DNA from: Candidatus Methylomirabilota bacterium
Lineage (GTDB): Bacteria; Methylomirabilota; Methylomirabilia; Rokubacteriales; CSP1-6
Direction: 5' to 3'
DNA: 51,549 nt
Assembly (NCBI GenBank): GCA_035249225.1
Contig: DATFGS010000274.1
Location: 1-51,549 of the forward strand
Below the pieces are notes generated by a model, which was not told the DNA's origin, made no database searches, and worked only from the letters and a program-made list of their open reading frames with translations. Made by a program: the position numbers and the translations under genes. Shown here piece after piece: positions 15,000 to 22,256 of this stretch. Within the stretch, counting starts at the first letter, position 1; each line of letters starts with the position of its first letter.

Positions 15000-15028
15000 G
15001 CCGGGGCGCCAGCGCAGGCCGCCCCGGC
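15000..15028 (-). terminator. GC hairpin about 20 nt downstream of the Ig-like gene
   Basis: GCCGGGGCG (15000-15008), 11-nt loop, CGCCCCGGC (15020-15028). No U-tract. Confidence 0.35.
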
Positions 15029-15047
15029 TCGGAGTAGTCGACCTGAA

Positions 15048-15371
15048 CTAGGCCGGCTGCTCGGTCGGGGTGCCCGCCGCGATCTCGATGACGGAGGCTT
15101 GCCCCGCGCCCACGACGACGTCGAGCGTCCCGATGACGTCCAGCACGCCGTCGCTCAGATCCGCGTCGGCCTTGAAGGTGATCAGCGCCGTCCCCGGGGC
15201 CTGCGCGCTGACGACGGCCTTCGTGCCGTCAGCGGCATCCGGGGTCACGGTCACCACCGCGGGGTCCGAGGACTCCCAAGTCGGGTTCTGCACGATGGCC
15301 GCGGCGCCCTTGCGGTCCTTGGCGGTCACGGTCAACGGACAGTCCTGCGTGTCGGTCAGAACGAGCTGCAT
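15048..15371 (-). CDS. Bacterial Ig-like (Big_2-type) domain protein (107 aa)
   Basis: PLTVTAKDRKGAAAIVQNPTWESSDPAVVTVTPDAADGTKAVVSAQAPGTALITFKAD is a typical Ig-like repeat pattern. Strong AAGGAG SD. Confidence 0.65.
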   Translation of the reverse strand: MQLVLTDTQDCPLTVTAKDRKGAAAIVQNPTWESSDPAVVTVTPDAADGTKAVVSAQAPGTALITFKADADLSDGVLDVIGTLDVVVGAGQASVIEIAAGTPTEQPA

Positions 15372-15396
15372 GATGGTCTTCTCCTTGGTGGTGGGC

Positions 15397-15597
15397 CTAC
15401 CGCTGCTCGCGGATTGGCCCGACAGTGAACTCCAGGGTCACGGCATTCCGCGGTTGCGCTTCAAAGCGTTCCGCGCGGCCCTCGTTGAGGGCACCGTGAA
15501 GCAACTCGGCGGTGCGGTACATGCCGAGCGCGCGCATCTCGCCGACCAGGTCGTCGACCTTGTCTAGCGCGGCATCGTAGGCTTTCGGGTTGACCAT
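15397..15597 (-). CDS. Hypothetical protein (66 aa)
   Basis: Clean ORF between neighbouring genes. Helical composition. Confidence 0.5.
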   Translation of the reverse strand: MVNPKAYDAALDKVDDLVGEMRALGMYRTAELLHGALNEGRAERFEAQPRNAVTLEFTVGPIREQR

Positions 15598-15600
15598 AGA

Positions 15601-16080
15601 TCACCCCCTCTGGACAGCGTCGGATAGGTGGGACTCGATCCCGTACGCTCGCTGGTAGCCACGCCACCAGTCCTCCGGGAGCTCGCGTATCGGCGAGGGC
15701 GGGATGGCCGGCTTGAACGCCGTCACCGCCCCGCGATACCAGGGTTCCAGCTCCATCCGGAAGCGGAACGGGGAGCCCGCTCGGCCGGCCGGCGTCTTCC
15801 GATAGATCAGGTCCGCCTCGTACCGCTTGCGCTCCAGGAACCGCCGATGCTCGGGCGAGCAGGTCTTCGCCTGGCCGCGGACCTCGATCCCGCAGACCAC
15901 GCACAACCGCTGGCGCGCGGCTGCGGGCCGCACCGCCTCGACGTCATGCCGCCGAATCGCGTGGGCGTTGAGACACTTGAAGACCACCGGCCGCGGCTGG
16001 TCCGCGTCGATCTGGTGGTCCGCGTCGTACTCCAGAAAGCTATCGAGCATCATCGGCGCCTCGCATTTCGGGCAGGTCAT
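15601..16080 (-). CDS. Zinc-ribbon protein (159 aa)
   Basis: MTCPKCEAPM...FKCLNAH and CVVCG...CSPEH motifs. Its start overlaps the end of the DksA/TraR gene by 41 nt. Confidence 0.6.
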   Translation of the reverse strand: MTCPKCEAPMMLDSFLEYDADHQIDADQPRPVVFKCLNAHAIRRHDVEAVRPAAARQRLCVVCGIEVRGQAKTCSPEHRRFLERKRYEADLIYRKTPAGRAGSPFRFRMELEPWYRGAVTAFKPAIPPSPIRELPEDWWRGYQRAYGIESHLSDAVQRG

Positions 16081-16441
16081 AAGGCCCCTCGTCCCCCGCC
16101 GCGTGCACTGCTCGTTCCCGCGCTGCCTGACACTCGAGACACGTCACCGCCAAGGGGAGAGCGCGCAGCCGCGCCAGCGCGATCCAGTCCCCGCAATCCG
16201 CGCACCGCCCGAAGGTCCCGTCCGCCACGCGCCCGAGCGCGTCCGTCAGCGCCCGGATCTCTTCGCGCGCCCGCTCCCGGTCGGTGATCCGCGCCTCCCG
16301 GTCCTGGCCCGCTTGGGCAGCGTCGGCCAAGTCCCGCCCGTGCGCCCCGGGACCCGGCTCGAGCTCGACCCCGTCGAGCTGCGCGAGGCGGGCCTGGGCG
16401 GTGGCGAGGCGGCTGCGGATGAGCGCGTCGAGGGCGTTCAC
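16040..16441 (-). CDS. DksA/TraR-family C4 zinc-finger regulator
   Basis: GTFGRCADCGDWIALARLRALPLAVTCLECQ preceded by a coiled-coil region. GTG start at 16441. Confidence 0.8.
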   Translation of the reverse strand: MNALDALIRSRLATAQARLAQLDGVELEPGPGAHGRDLADAAQAGQDREARITDRERAREEIRALTDALGRVADGTFGRCADCGDWIALARLRALPLAVTCLECQAARERAVHAAGDEGPYDLPEMRGADDAR

Positions 16442-16446
16442 GCGAG

Positions 16447-16652
16447 GATTGTGCCGGTTGGAGGAACGACCCAGATCGCCGCCAACCCGATCTGAGGAAT
16501 GATGCGACTTGTTATCGGGTTAGCGCCGACCCCGGTTTCATCGTGCACAAGCCTGATTGTGCGCGGTGCCGGAGAGATCGTCGTCATAGCGCGGGGTTGC
16601 CCGGCTCCGGATTGTGCGATGACCTCCGCGGAGCAAAACCAACCGGGCACAA
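16447..16652. repeat. Intergenic GATTGTGC repeat cluster (candidate operator/iteron set)
   Basis: GATTGTGC at 16447-16454, 16555-16562 and 16610-16617. Inverted GCACAA at 16545-16550 (forming GCACAA-N6-TTGTGC) and at 16647-16652. This is a ~230-nt gap with no convincing ORF. Confidence 0.5.
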
Positions 16653-16673
16653 CTCGCGGTGTCCTTACACCGT

Positions 16674-16820
16674 TCATCGGTCCGCCCACCACTCGAAGAG
16701 CCGGCCGACGGTATTGTCGAAGCACCAGAAGATCGCGTCGGCGGTGCGGTCGTGGCTGAAAAGGGCCACGCCCAGCACGATCCCGAGGATGCCGCCCAGG
16801 ATCTCGATCACGCCGACCAC
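16674..16820 (-). CDS. Tiny membrane protein (45-48 aa)
   Basis: VVGVIEILGGILGIVLGVALF... In-frame GTG at 16820, or at 16811 (GTGA overlap with the upstream stop). Confidence 0.35.
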   Translation of the reverse strand: MVGVIEILGGILGIVLGVALFSHDRTADAIFWCFDNTVGRLFEWWADR

Positions 16821-17152
16821 TCCCGCCAGCCGGGGTGCTCGCCCAGCAGCCGAGCGAAGGAACAGTCGTCGTCGTGGCTGGGCTCGACGTGAAAGCAAAT
16901 CGAGCAGTCTCGCGGACCACCTTCCTCGTGAGTCCGCCATTCCGCCGCCTTCGCCACGGCGAGCAGGGCGTCGAAGGCGTTGACCGCGCGGACGATCAGG
17001 TCGGCGTCCGCCCGCATCTGGGGCGTCGGCTCATCCTCATCGGTGTAGAGCTGCGCGACCTCGGCCGTCCCGCCGAGGTACTGGTGCACGATCGTCAACA
17101 CGTTGACCGATCCGCTATCATCAACGACCCACGGCCGCGGCGTCGCGCTCAT
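16808..17152 (-). CDS. Hypothetical protein (114 aa)
   Basis: ATGA overlap with the integrase stop. Product is MSATPRPWVVDDSGSVNVLTIVHQYLGG... Confidence 0.6.
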   Translation of the reverse strand: MSATPRPWVVDDSGSVNVLTIVHQYLGGTAEVAQLYTDEDEPTPQMRADADLIVRAVNAFDALLAVAKAAEWRTHEEGGPRDCSICFHVEPSHDDDCSFARLLGEHPGWREWSA

Positions 17153-18009
17153 GGCGTCCACTTCAGCTTCCCGATCTCCCGGTGGAGCACCGCGTCGGAG
17201 ACCTTGGTGTAGATCTGCGTCGTCGCCAGCGACTCGTGGCCGAGGGCCTTCTGGATGACCCGGATGTCGACCTCGCGCTCGAGCAGGTCGGTCGCGAAGG
17301 TGTGCCGGAAGCGGTGCGGGGTGCAGTCCGGGACGTCGGCGTTCAGCCCCCAGACGTGGGTCATCGCCTCGATCGACTCGCGCCGGATGACCCGGTAGTT
17401 CGCCGTTGAAAGCAGGTAGTGCCCGAGCTTCATCTCCGGCCGGGTCGCGAGGTACTCCTCGAGCAGCGCGACCATGCCGGGGTGGAGCGCGACGACCTGG
17501 ATCTTCCCGCCCTTGACCGTCGCCCGGATGTGCGGCTGCGGCCCGCCGAGGGTGATGTCGCCGAGCTTGATCTCACAGATCGGCGTCACCCGGAGCCCGG
17601 TGTAGAAGAGCAGGGCGCGCACGACGCGCTCGTAGAGGGTGAGCGGGAGGGCCTGGAGCCGGTCCTTCTCGTCGGCCATGAACGGCCGGGGGAGGTTCCG
17701 CGGCTTCTGCATCAGCGGGACCTCGTCCATCGGGTTGGCCAGCCAGAGCCGGTGCTTCACGCCCCACTTGCCGAACGAGGAGAGGACCGCTTGCTTGAAG
17801 CAGAGCGTCGCGGGTTTGCACCCCGACGCCGACGCCGCCTGGAGCAGCGTCTTGCAGAGCGCCGGGGTGAACGCGCGGAGGTCGAAGTCCGGGCCGGCCT
17901 TGCGCTCCATCCGCCGCAGCTCCCCGCGGTAGCCGGTGAGCGTGCCCTTCGCCTTCCCGGTCATCTTCAGCTCTTCGAGATATGCCGTGATCGCATCGCC
18001 GAGTCGCAT
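17149..18009 (-). CDS. int: Tyrosine recombinase / integrase (XerC/D-like)
   Basis: FYTGLRVTPICEIKLGDI (Arg I), HRFRHTFAT (HxxR), LGHESLATTQIYTKV (His...Tyr). The start was trimmed to ATG 18009 with an AAGGGG SD. Confidence 0.9.
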   Translation of the reverse strand: MRLGDAITAYLEELKMTGKAKGTLTGYRGELRRMERKAGPDFDLRAFTPALCKTLLQAASASGCKPATLCFKQAVLSSFGKWGVKHRLWLANPMDEVPLMQKPRNLPRPFMADEKDRLQALPLTLYERVVRALLFYTGLRVTPICEIKLGDITLGGPQPHIRATVKGGKIQVVALHPGMVALLEEYLATRPEMKLGHYLLSTANYRVIRRESIEAMTHVWGLNADVPDCTPHRFRHTFATDLLEREVDIRVIQKALGHESLATTQIYTKVSDAVLHREIGKLKWTP

Positions 18010-18095
18010 ACGCCACCCCTTCGTTGTGACATTGCTCCGCCGCTTCTTCGGCGGTCGCTGGGTGGGGCGGATTGTGGGCGAGGCGGCCAGCGAGG

Positions 18096-18290
18096 TCAAG
18101 GGCGGTCCGCTTCCGGGTCGTATGGAGTGATGGTGGGCGGCTCCTCAAGGGTGAAGCGGATGTCTTGCCCCTTGTCATTCGGGAGTCGCTTCACGCCGAT
18201 GAGCTTCTCGTCGTTCGGCCTCTTGAGTAGGAGCAAGACCTTTGCCTCACTGAGAATGATCTGAATCCTCTTCGCTTCCCTTTTCACCAC
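18096..18290 (-). CDS. Hypothetical protein (64 aa) in a locally AT-richer segment
   Basis: GTG start. Product is VKREAKRIQIILSEAKVLLLLKRPNDEKLIGVKRLPNDKGQDIRFTLEE. Composition is visibly less GC-rich than its surroundings. Confidence 0.5.
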   Translation of the reverse strand: MVKREAKRIQIILSEAKVLLLLKRPNDEKLIGVKRLPNDKGQDIRFTLEEPPTITPYDPEADRP

Positions 18291-18541
18291 GCGGGCACCA
18301 CGACATCCGTCGGGTCGGTCACCGCGGCCAGCCGGTCGACGATCGCCTTAGCGTCCTTCGACGCGACCCCCTCCCGGTCGAAGACGGTGATGCAGACGAA
18401 CAGCGAGCGCCGGACCTGGGGCGGGTAGGGGACGTGGAGCTTCCCCGTCTCTAGGTCGCGCTGAATCGAGCGGGCGACCCGCACGGCGTCGTCGAGCGTC
18501 ATCTTCGCCGCCGCCTCGGCGATGGTCTGGGCCTGGCTCAT
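18284..18541 (-). CDS. Hypothetical protein (85 aa)
   Basis: The start was trimmed to ATG 18541 (ATGA overlap with the ATPase stop). Confidence 0.55.
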   Translation of the reverse strand: MSQAQTIAEAAAKMTLDDAVRVARSIQRDLETGKLHVPYPPQVRRSLFVCITVFDREGVASKDAKAIVDRLAAVTDPTDVVVPAW

Positions 18542-19875
18542 GCGGCGCTCCTCGCGAGCAGCGTGTTCACTTCCATGATCGCGGCCGGGTCCTTCGCCGC
18601 GACCTTCTTGAATAGCTCGATCGCGTCCTGGCACGCCGCGAAGTCGACCTTCTCGATGTCGTCCGTCCCGAACATCGACTTGAAGAGGCGGATGCGGGCG
18701 TCCTTGCCGATCGGCGGGTCCCACTTGTCGAGCTCGCGGTGGAGTTCCTGTTCATCGGACATCGGCCCGAGCGGGCTCTCGACCGCGGGCGGTGCGATGA
18801 CCGGAGCCGGGGCCTTGACCTCCGGGATCTGCGACTGGCGGAGGTCGGCCCGGATCTTCTCGAGCCCGGCCTTCAGGGTGGCGCTCGGCAACGGCTGGAT
18901 CTTCGCCCACTGGCGGACGCCGAACCCGATGGCGAGGAGCCGGGCCTTCGCCTCGACCTGCTCGCGCGCCTGACCGGGGTGGGCCTTCTGGAGTTCGGTG
19001 ACGATGTCCTTCAAGATCTGCTCGCGGTCGTCTGGAACAACTGTTTCTTGAGCCGACGCGGGGGCGGTGGCGCCGCTGCGGGGACTCGAACCCCGTTCTT
19101 CGCCTTGAAGGGGCGAGGGCCTACCCGTAGCCGACAGCGGCTCGGTCCCGCCGCGCGCCCAGGCCGCGAGCTTCGCGCCCGTCTCCTCGGTGATCGGCTT
19201 GTCGAGTGGGAAGAACTCCCGATGCTGCTCCTGCAGTTTGATCGGCTGCGGCACGCCCGGCTTGTCGGGCAGGAGGAGGATGCTCACGGTCAACTCGTAG
19301 GGGAGGTTCTTCTCGCAGATCGGAACCCACCCCTTGAACCCGGCGAGGGTCTGTTTCGGGACGACCTTCGTCTCGCCGCGCTCCTTGATAATCTCGATCT
19401 TGTCCTCCGCGCGCATGCACAGGATCAGGTGCGCGCGGCACTGGAGCAGCTTCGAGACCATCCGGCGGTGCTCGCCCTTGGGCTTCACCCAGGACAGCAT
19501 CTTGACCTTGTCCTCGCCGCCGAGCCGCTTCAGCTCCGCCTCCTGCATATCCAGGATGCCGCCCTCGCCCGCGTGCTCGTGCGAGAACGAGTCGACGACG
19601 ATGACCGGATAGCCGGCCTTGTCGGCGGCGACGATCGCCTCCTGATAGGCCGAGGGCGAGAACGGCGGATGGAGGTCGGCATGATCGAACTGGAAGCGGT
19701 CGGCGTAGTGCTTCGCGCGGCCGGCTTCGGTGTCGATGACCGCGAAGGGCTTGTCGCCCGACATCCCCTTGGCGAGGCGCATCGCGGTATAGGTCTTGCC
19801 GCCGCCGCTGGCGCCGGCCAGGCCGAGGATCAGGCCGACGCTCTCGCGCTTGGCCGGGCGGAAGGAGATGGTCAC
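18538..19875 (-). CDS. Sak4-like / AAA_24-type RecA-fold ATPase with long C-terminal extension
   Basis: Walker A GLAGASGGGKT and Walker B VIVVDSFSHE. GTG 19875 forms a GTGA overlap. The ORF stays open through an embedded tRNA-like element (19068-19141) into a ~180-aa C-terminal region. Confidence 0.75.
   Translation of the reverse strand: MTISFRPAKRESVGLILGLAGASGGGKTYTAMRLAKGMSGDKPFAVIDTEAGRAKHYADRFQFDHADLHPPFSPSAYQEAIVAADKAGYPVIVVDSFSHEHAGEGGILDMQEAELKRLGGEDKVKMLSWVKPKGEHRRMVSKLLQCRAHLILCMRAEDKIEIIKERGETKVVPKQTLAGFKGWVPICEKNLPYELTVSILLLPDKPGVPQPIKLQEQHREFFPLDKPITEETGAKLAAWARGGTEPLSATGRPSPLQGEERGSSPRSGATAPASAQETVVPDDREQILKDIVTELQKAHPGQAREQVEAKARLLAIGFGVRQWAKIQPLPSATLKAGLEKIRADLRQSQIPEVKAPAPVIAPPAVESPLGPMSDEQELHRELDKWDPPIGKDARIRLFKSMFGTDDIEKVDFAACQDAIELFKKVAAKDPAAIMEVNTLLARSAA
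19068..19141 (-). tRNA. tRNA-like cloverleaf (Glu-like anticodon UUC, C33, encoded CCA) nested in frame inside the ATPase ORF
   Basis: Minus-strand sequence: GCCGCTG TC GGCT ACGGGTA GGCC C TCGCC CCTTCAA GGCGA AGAA CGGGG TTCGAGT CCCCG CAGCGGC G CCA. It has a 7-bp acceptor stem, U8, GG in the D-loop, G53-C61 and a consensus T-loop. Position 33 is C instead of U. Confidence 0.6.
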
Positions 19876-20207
19876 GCCGGGATCCCCTCCGCGGCCGGCC
19901 GGGCGACCTCGAACGTCTCGCGGAGCTGCTTGTAGTGCTTCTCGCAGAGCCACTGCTTCATCTTGTAGTGGTAGTCCGCGATCGGGTCCTCGCAGATCCC
20001 GTCATCGTCGATCCGACACAGCGACGGTGTCTCGCGCTTCGCGATCTCCAGGTTCTGCTCGATGAGGCGGTAGCCCGCATGGTTGTGGTAGTACGTCATC
20101 GAAGACTCGGAGACGTCCTGCGCGGCCTTAACCGCCTCGCGCTCGCTGCCGGCCAGGACCTCGACCTCTTCGACCGTGACCCGCCGCACCGTGTACTTCG
20201 TGATCAT
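19872..20207 (-). CDS. Hypothetical protein (111 aa)
   Basis: The start was trimmed to ATG 20207 (ATGA overlap). Product is MITKYTVRRVTVEEVEVLAG...CEKHYKQL. Confidence 0.6.
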   Translation of the reverse strand: MITKYTVRRVTVEEVEVLAGSEREAVKAAQDVSESSMTYYHNHAGYRLIEQNLEIAKRETPSLCRIDDDGICEDPIADYHYKMKQWLCEKHYKQLRETFEVARPAAEGIPA

Positions 20208-21076
20208 CCCCGCGCCTCCTTCTCGGCGATCTCCATGTACTCGCGCTGCATCCATCGCGTCTCTTCCCAGGGCGGCAACTCGGCCGAGGCGACCCGGGTC
20301 GGGTAGCCCGGCCAGTGCCCCGACTTCAGACACTCGCCCCAGAGCTCGATCGCGCGGAGCACCTTCTTCGTCCCGAGGTCCCGCACCCCCGGCTCGAGGC
20401 CGATCACCGAGAGCGCGTGCGGGTCGTAGGCTTCCTGGACAACGAAGGTAAACTCCGGATCCGGCCCGCCGACCATCTGCACGCCGCGGCGGTAAAACGC
20501 GGCCTGGATGTCATAGCCGTTGCCGAACAGCGGGCCGCGCGCCCATGCCTCCGGGTGTGCCGAACCCTCGGTCGTCTTGTAGTCCCAGATCTGCGACTCG
20601 TCGGTGGCGATCCAGTCGAGGCGCGCCCGGCACCAGACCCCGTTCGGCTCCTGCCAGATCACCGTCTCCTCCGCCCGGCCGTCGCTGAACGGGCGCGGAG
20701 TGAAGACGTCGAGCTGGCGCTGACACGCCTTGGCCATCATCAGCACGCGCCCGACCTGCTCCTGGAGCAGGGGGATCTTCCCAGCCGCTCGGATCTCGTC
20801 CCGCAGCGCCTGCGCCTCTTTCTTTCGCCAGTCGTAGAACGGCACAACCTCGAAGCGCTCCGCCCCTTCCAGGACGTAGGCGTGCGCGGCGGTCCCGAGA
20901 TCGAACTTCCCGTCGTCCTCGCGCTCGAAATGCGGGTTCAGTTTCGGGTGCGCGGTCCAGGCGTGGAGCGGGCTCTGATCGAGCAGGATCTTCGCCATCG
21001 ACGCCGAGAGGGACGGGGCCGGGCAGGGGTCGGCGTGATAGAGCTCCGCCGCCATCGTGTAGATCCCGGGCTTCAC
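20204..21076 (-). CDS. PD-(D/E)XK exonuclease (RecE/Cas4-like recombination nuclease)
   Basis: GTAAHAYVLEG...ARLDWIATDESQIWDYKTT (D...D/E-x-K core). Adjacent to the Sak4-like ATPase. GTG start with a GTGA overlap. Confidence 0.75.
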   Translation of the reverse strand: MKPGIYTMAAELYHADPCPAPSLSASMAKILLDQSPLHAWTAHPKLNPHFEREDDGKFDLGTAAHAYVLEGAERFEVVPFYDWRKKEAQALRDEIRAAGKIPLLQEQVGRVLMMAKACQRQLDVFTPRPFSDGRAEETVIWQEPNGVWCRARLDWIATDESQIWDYKTTEGSAHPEAWARGPLFGNGYDIQAAFYRRGVQMVGGPDPEFTFVVQEAYDPHALSVIGLEPGVRDLGTKKVLRAIELWGECLKSGHWPGYPTRVASAELPPWEETRWMQREYMEIAEKEARG

Positions 21077-21231
21077 CGCTTGGCCCTCTTCTCGTCGCGA
21101 GCCCGGGCCGCTTTCCTGAGCAGAGAGGCTGCAGTGTGAACGGTGATGTCCCGGAGCGGGAAGGTGACCGAGGCGACGGACCCCGCGTGCGTCGTGTCCT
21201 TGATCGTGACGACGACCTTCCGGGTCATCAT
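21073..21231 (-). CDS. Small hypothetical protein (52 aa)
   Basis: MMTRKVVVTIKDTTHAGSVASVTFPLRDITVH... Overlapping junctions at both ends. Confidence 0.45.
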   Translation of the reverse strand: MMTRKVVVTIKDTTHAGSVASVTFPLRDITVHTAASLLRKAARARDEKRAKR

Positions 21232-21437
21232 CACGCCACCAGCAGCGCGGCGAGGATGCCGATGGTCAGCATGGCCGCGATCGTCGTCACCGCACCGAGC
21301 ACGGGACGCTCCCGCGGCGTGGAGACCGCCGCGTCCTCCGGGCCGCCGAGCTTCGCGGCGCCCCCGGCCAGGTAGCCGAACCCCACGCCCGCCGTCAGCG
21401 CGACGCAGACATAGACGACGAAGTAGCGCCACATCAT
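21231..21437 (-). CDS. Small two-TM membrane protein (68 aa)
   Basis: MMWRYFVVYVCVALTAGVGFGYLAGG...VLGAVTTIAAMLTIGILAALLVA. GGAG SD. Confidence 0.6.
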   Translation of the reverse strand: MMWRYFVVYVCVALTAGVGFGYLAGGAAKLGGPEDAAVSTPRERPVLGAVTTIAAMLTIGILAALLVA

Positions 21438-21560
21438 GGGTGCTCCGTTCCGGGGTCGATCTGGCCGTTCATGTGTCCTCTCTGGTCATCGGGTTTCCCG
21501 CGCACGATCTGCACGTTCACAACGCGCGCCGCTAGTTAGCGACTTGGCATCGCGGTTGCG

Positions 21561-21872
21561 TTAGGTTCCCCGAGCGCCTTGAGAATGAGCCGCGCGGCGC
21601 GCACGAGGTCCGCTCGGGTTACTCGATCCTTCCGACGGGAGGACATCTTGGCGGGCGGTTTTCGGGCCTGGATCAAGGGACGCGCGCCGAAGACGCCTCC
21701 GATCAGCGAGGAGTTTCTCCGCCGCGGTCCGCACGCGATCACTGCCGTAGCGCCCCGCCAGAAAGTGCACCACCATCGTCCGGGTGACCCCCGCCGCGAC
21801 CGCGACGTGGTCCTGGGTGATCTTGGCTTTCTTGAGTTGCTTCTTCAGTTGCAGTACGGTCCCGGCACTCAC
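21561..21872 (-). CDS. Cro-position HTH regulator (XRE-type), first gene of the long minus-strand operon; 3' end uncertain
   Basis: LKKAKITQDHVAVAAGVTRTMVVHFLAGRYGSDRVRTAAEKLL. The GTG start lies inside operator O1. Third-position GC collapses after about codon 60, while an overlapping frame (21536..21742) looks more coding-like. Confidence 0.6.
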   Translation of the reverse strand: MSAGTVLQLKKQLKKAKITQDHVAVAAGVTRTMVVHFLAGRYGSDRVRTAAEKLLADRRRLRRASLDPGPKTARQDVLPSEGSSNPSGPRARRAAHSQGARGT

Positions 21873-21931
21873 GGTGAGGGAGACTACTACTCACGGTGAG
21901 AATCTGTCAAGAGGAATTTTCTCAAGGTGAG
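21868..21931. promoter_or_regulatory. Immunity switch: three CTCAnGGTGAG operators plus a divergent promoter region
   Basis: O1 CTCACGGTGAG at 21868-21878, O2 CTCACGGTGAG at 21890-21900, O3 CTCAAGGTGAG at 21921-21931. Centre spacings are 22 and 31 bp. Minus-strand TTGACA at 21910-21905, 18 nt, TAGTCT at 21886-21881, ending about 8 nt before GTG 21872. Confidence 0.65.
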
Positions 21932-22235
21932 ACGCCGCCGGACTGAGATCGAGGGCGTGGCCCCCGTAAGCTATGAGGAAGCCGAGGGGATTCCAGGCTT
22001 TACCGAGTTCTGCGAGGCGCGACCGACCACCGCGAAGAACCTTCGGACGCGAGACCGGCACAAAATCCCGTGGGAGATCATCGGGCAGCTCTTGATTGTG
22101 GTCTGGCGCGACGGGATCGAGGAGCAGCGGGACCGGATCGCGTTACAGGAACGCGAGAAGGCCCAGATCGCGGCCCTGCGAAAAGTCATGCGGGCTCTCG
22201 ATCTGGCGCGGGATTCGCTCAAAGACCCGGACTGA
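21927..22235 (+). CDS. CI-position protein (102 aa, candidate lysogeny repressor; no clear HTH recognised)
   Basis: Divergent from the Cro-like gene. The GTG start lies inside O3, with GAGGAA about 10 nt upstream. C-terminal coiled-coil: EEQRDRIALQEREKAQIAALRKVMRALDLARDSL. Confidence 0.5.
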   Translation: MRRRRTEIEGVAPVSYEEAEGIPGFTEFCEARPTTAKNLRTRDRHKIPWEIIGQLLIVVWRDGIEEQRDRIALQEREKAQIAALRKVMRALDLARDSLKDPD

Positions 22236-22256
22236 GTAAGGACAGGTTCCGCTTTA

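Noticed and set aside
16438-16587. 49-codon minus-strand ORF (MTTISPAPRTIRLVHDETG...) whose stop forms GTGA with the DksA/TraR start
   Set aside because: It has no Shine-Dalgarno and mediocre third-position GC, and its sequence is dominated by the GATTGTGC repeats. It is kept only as an alternative within the repeat-region finding.
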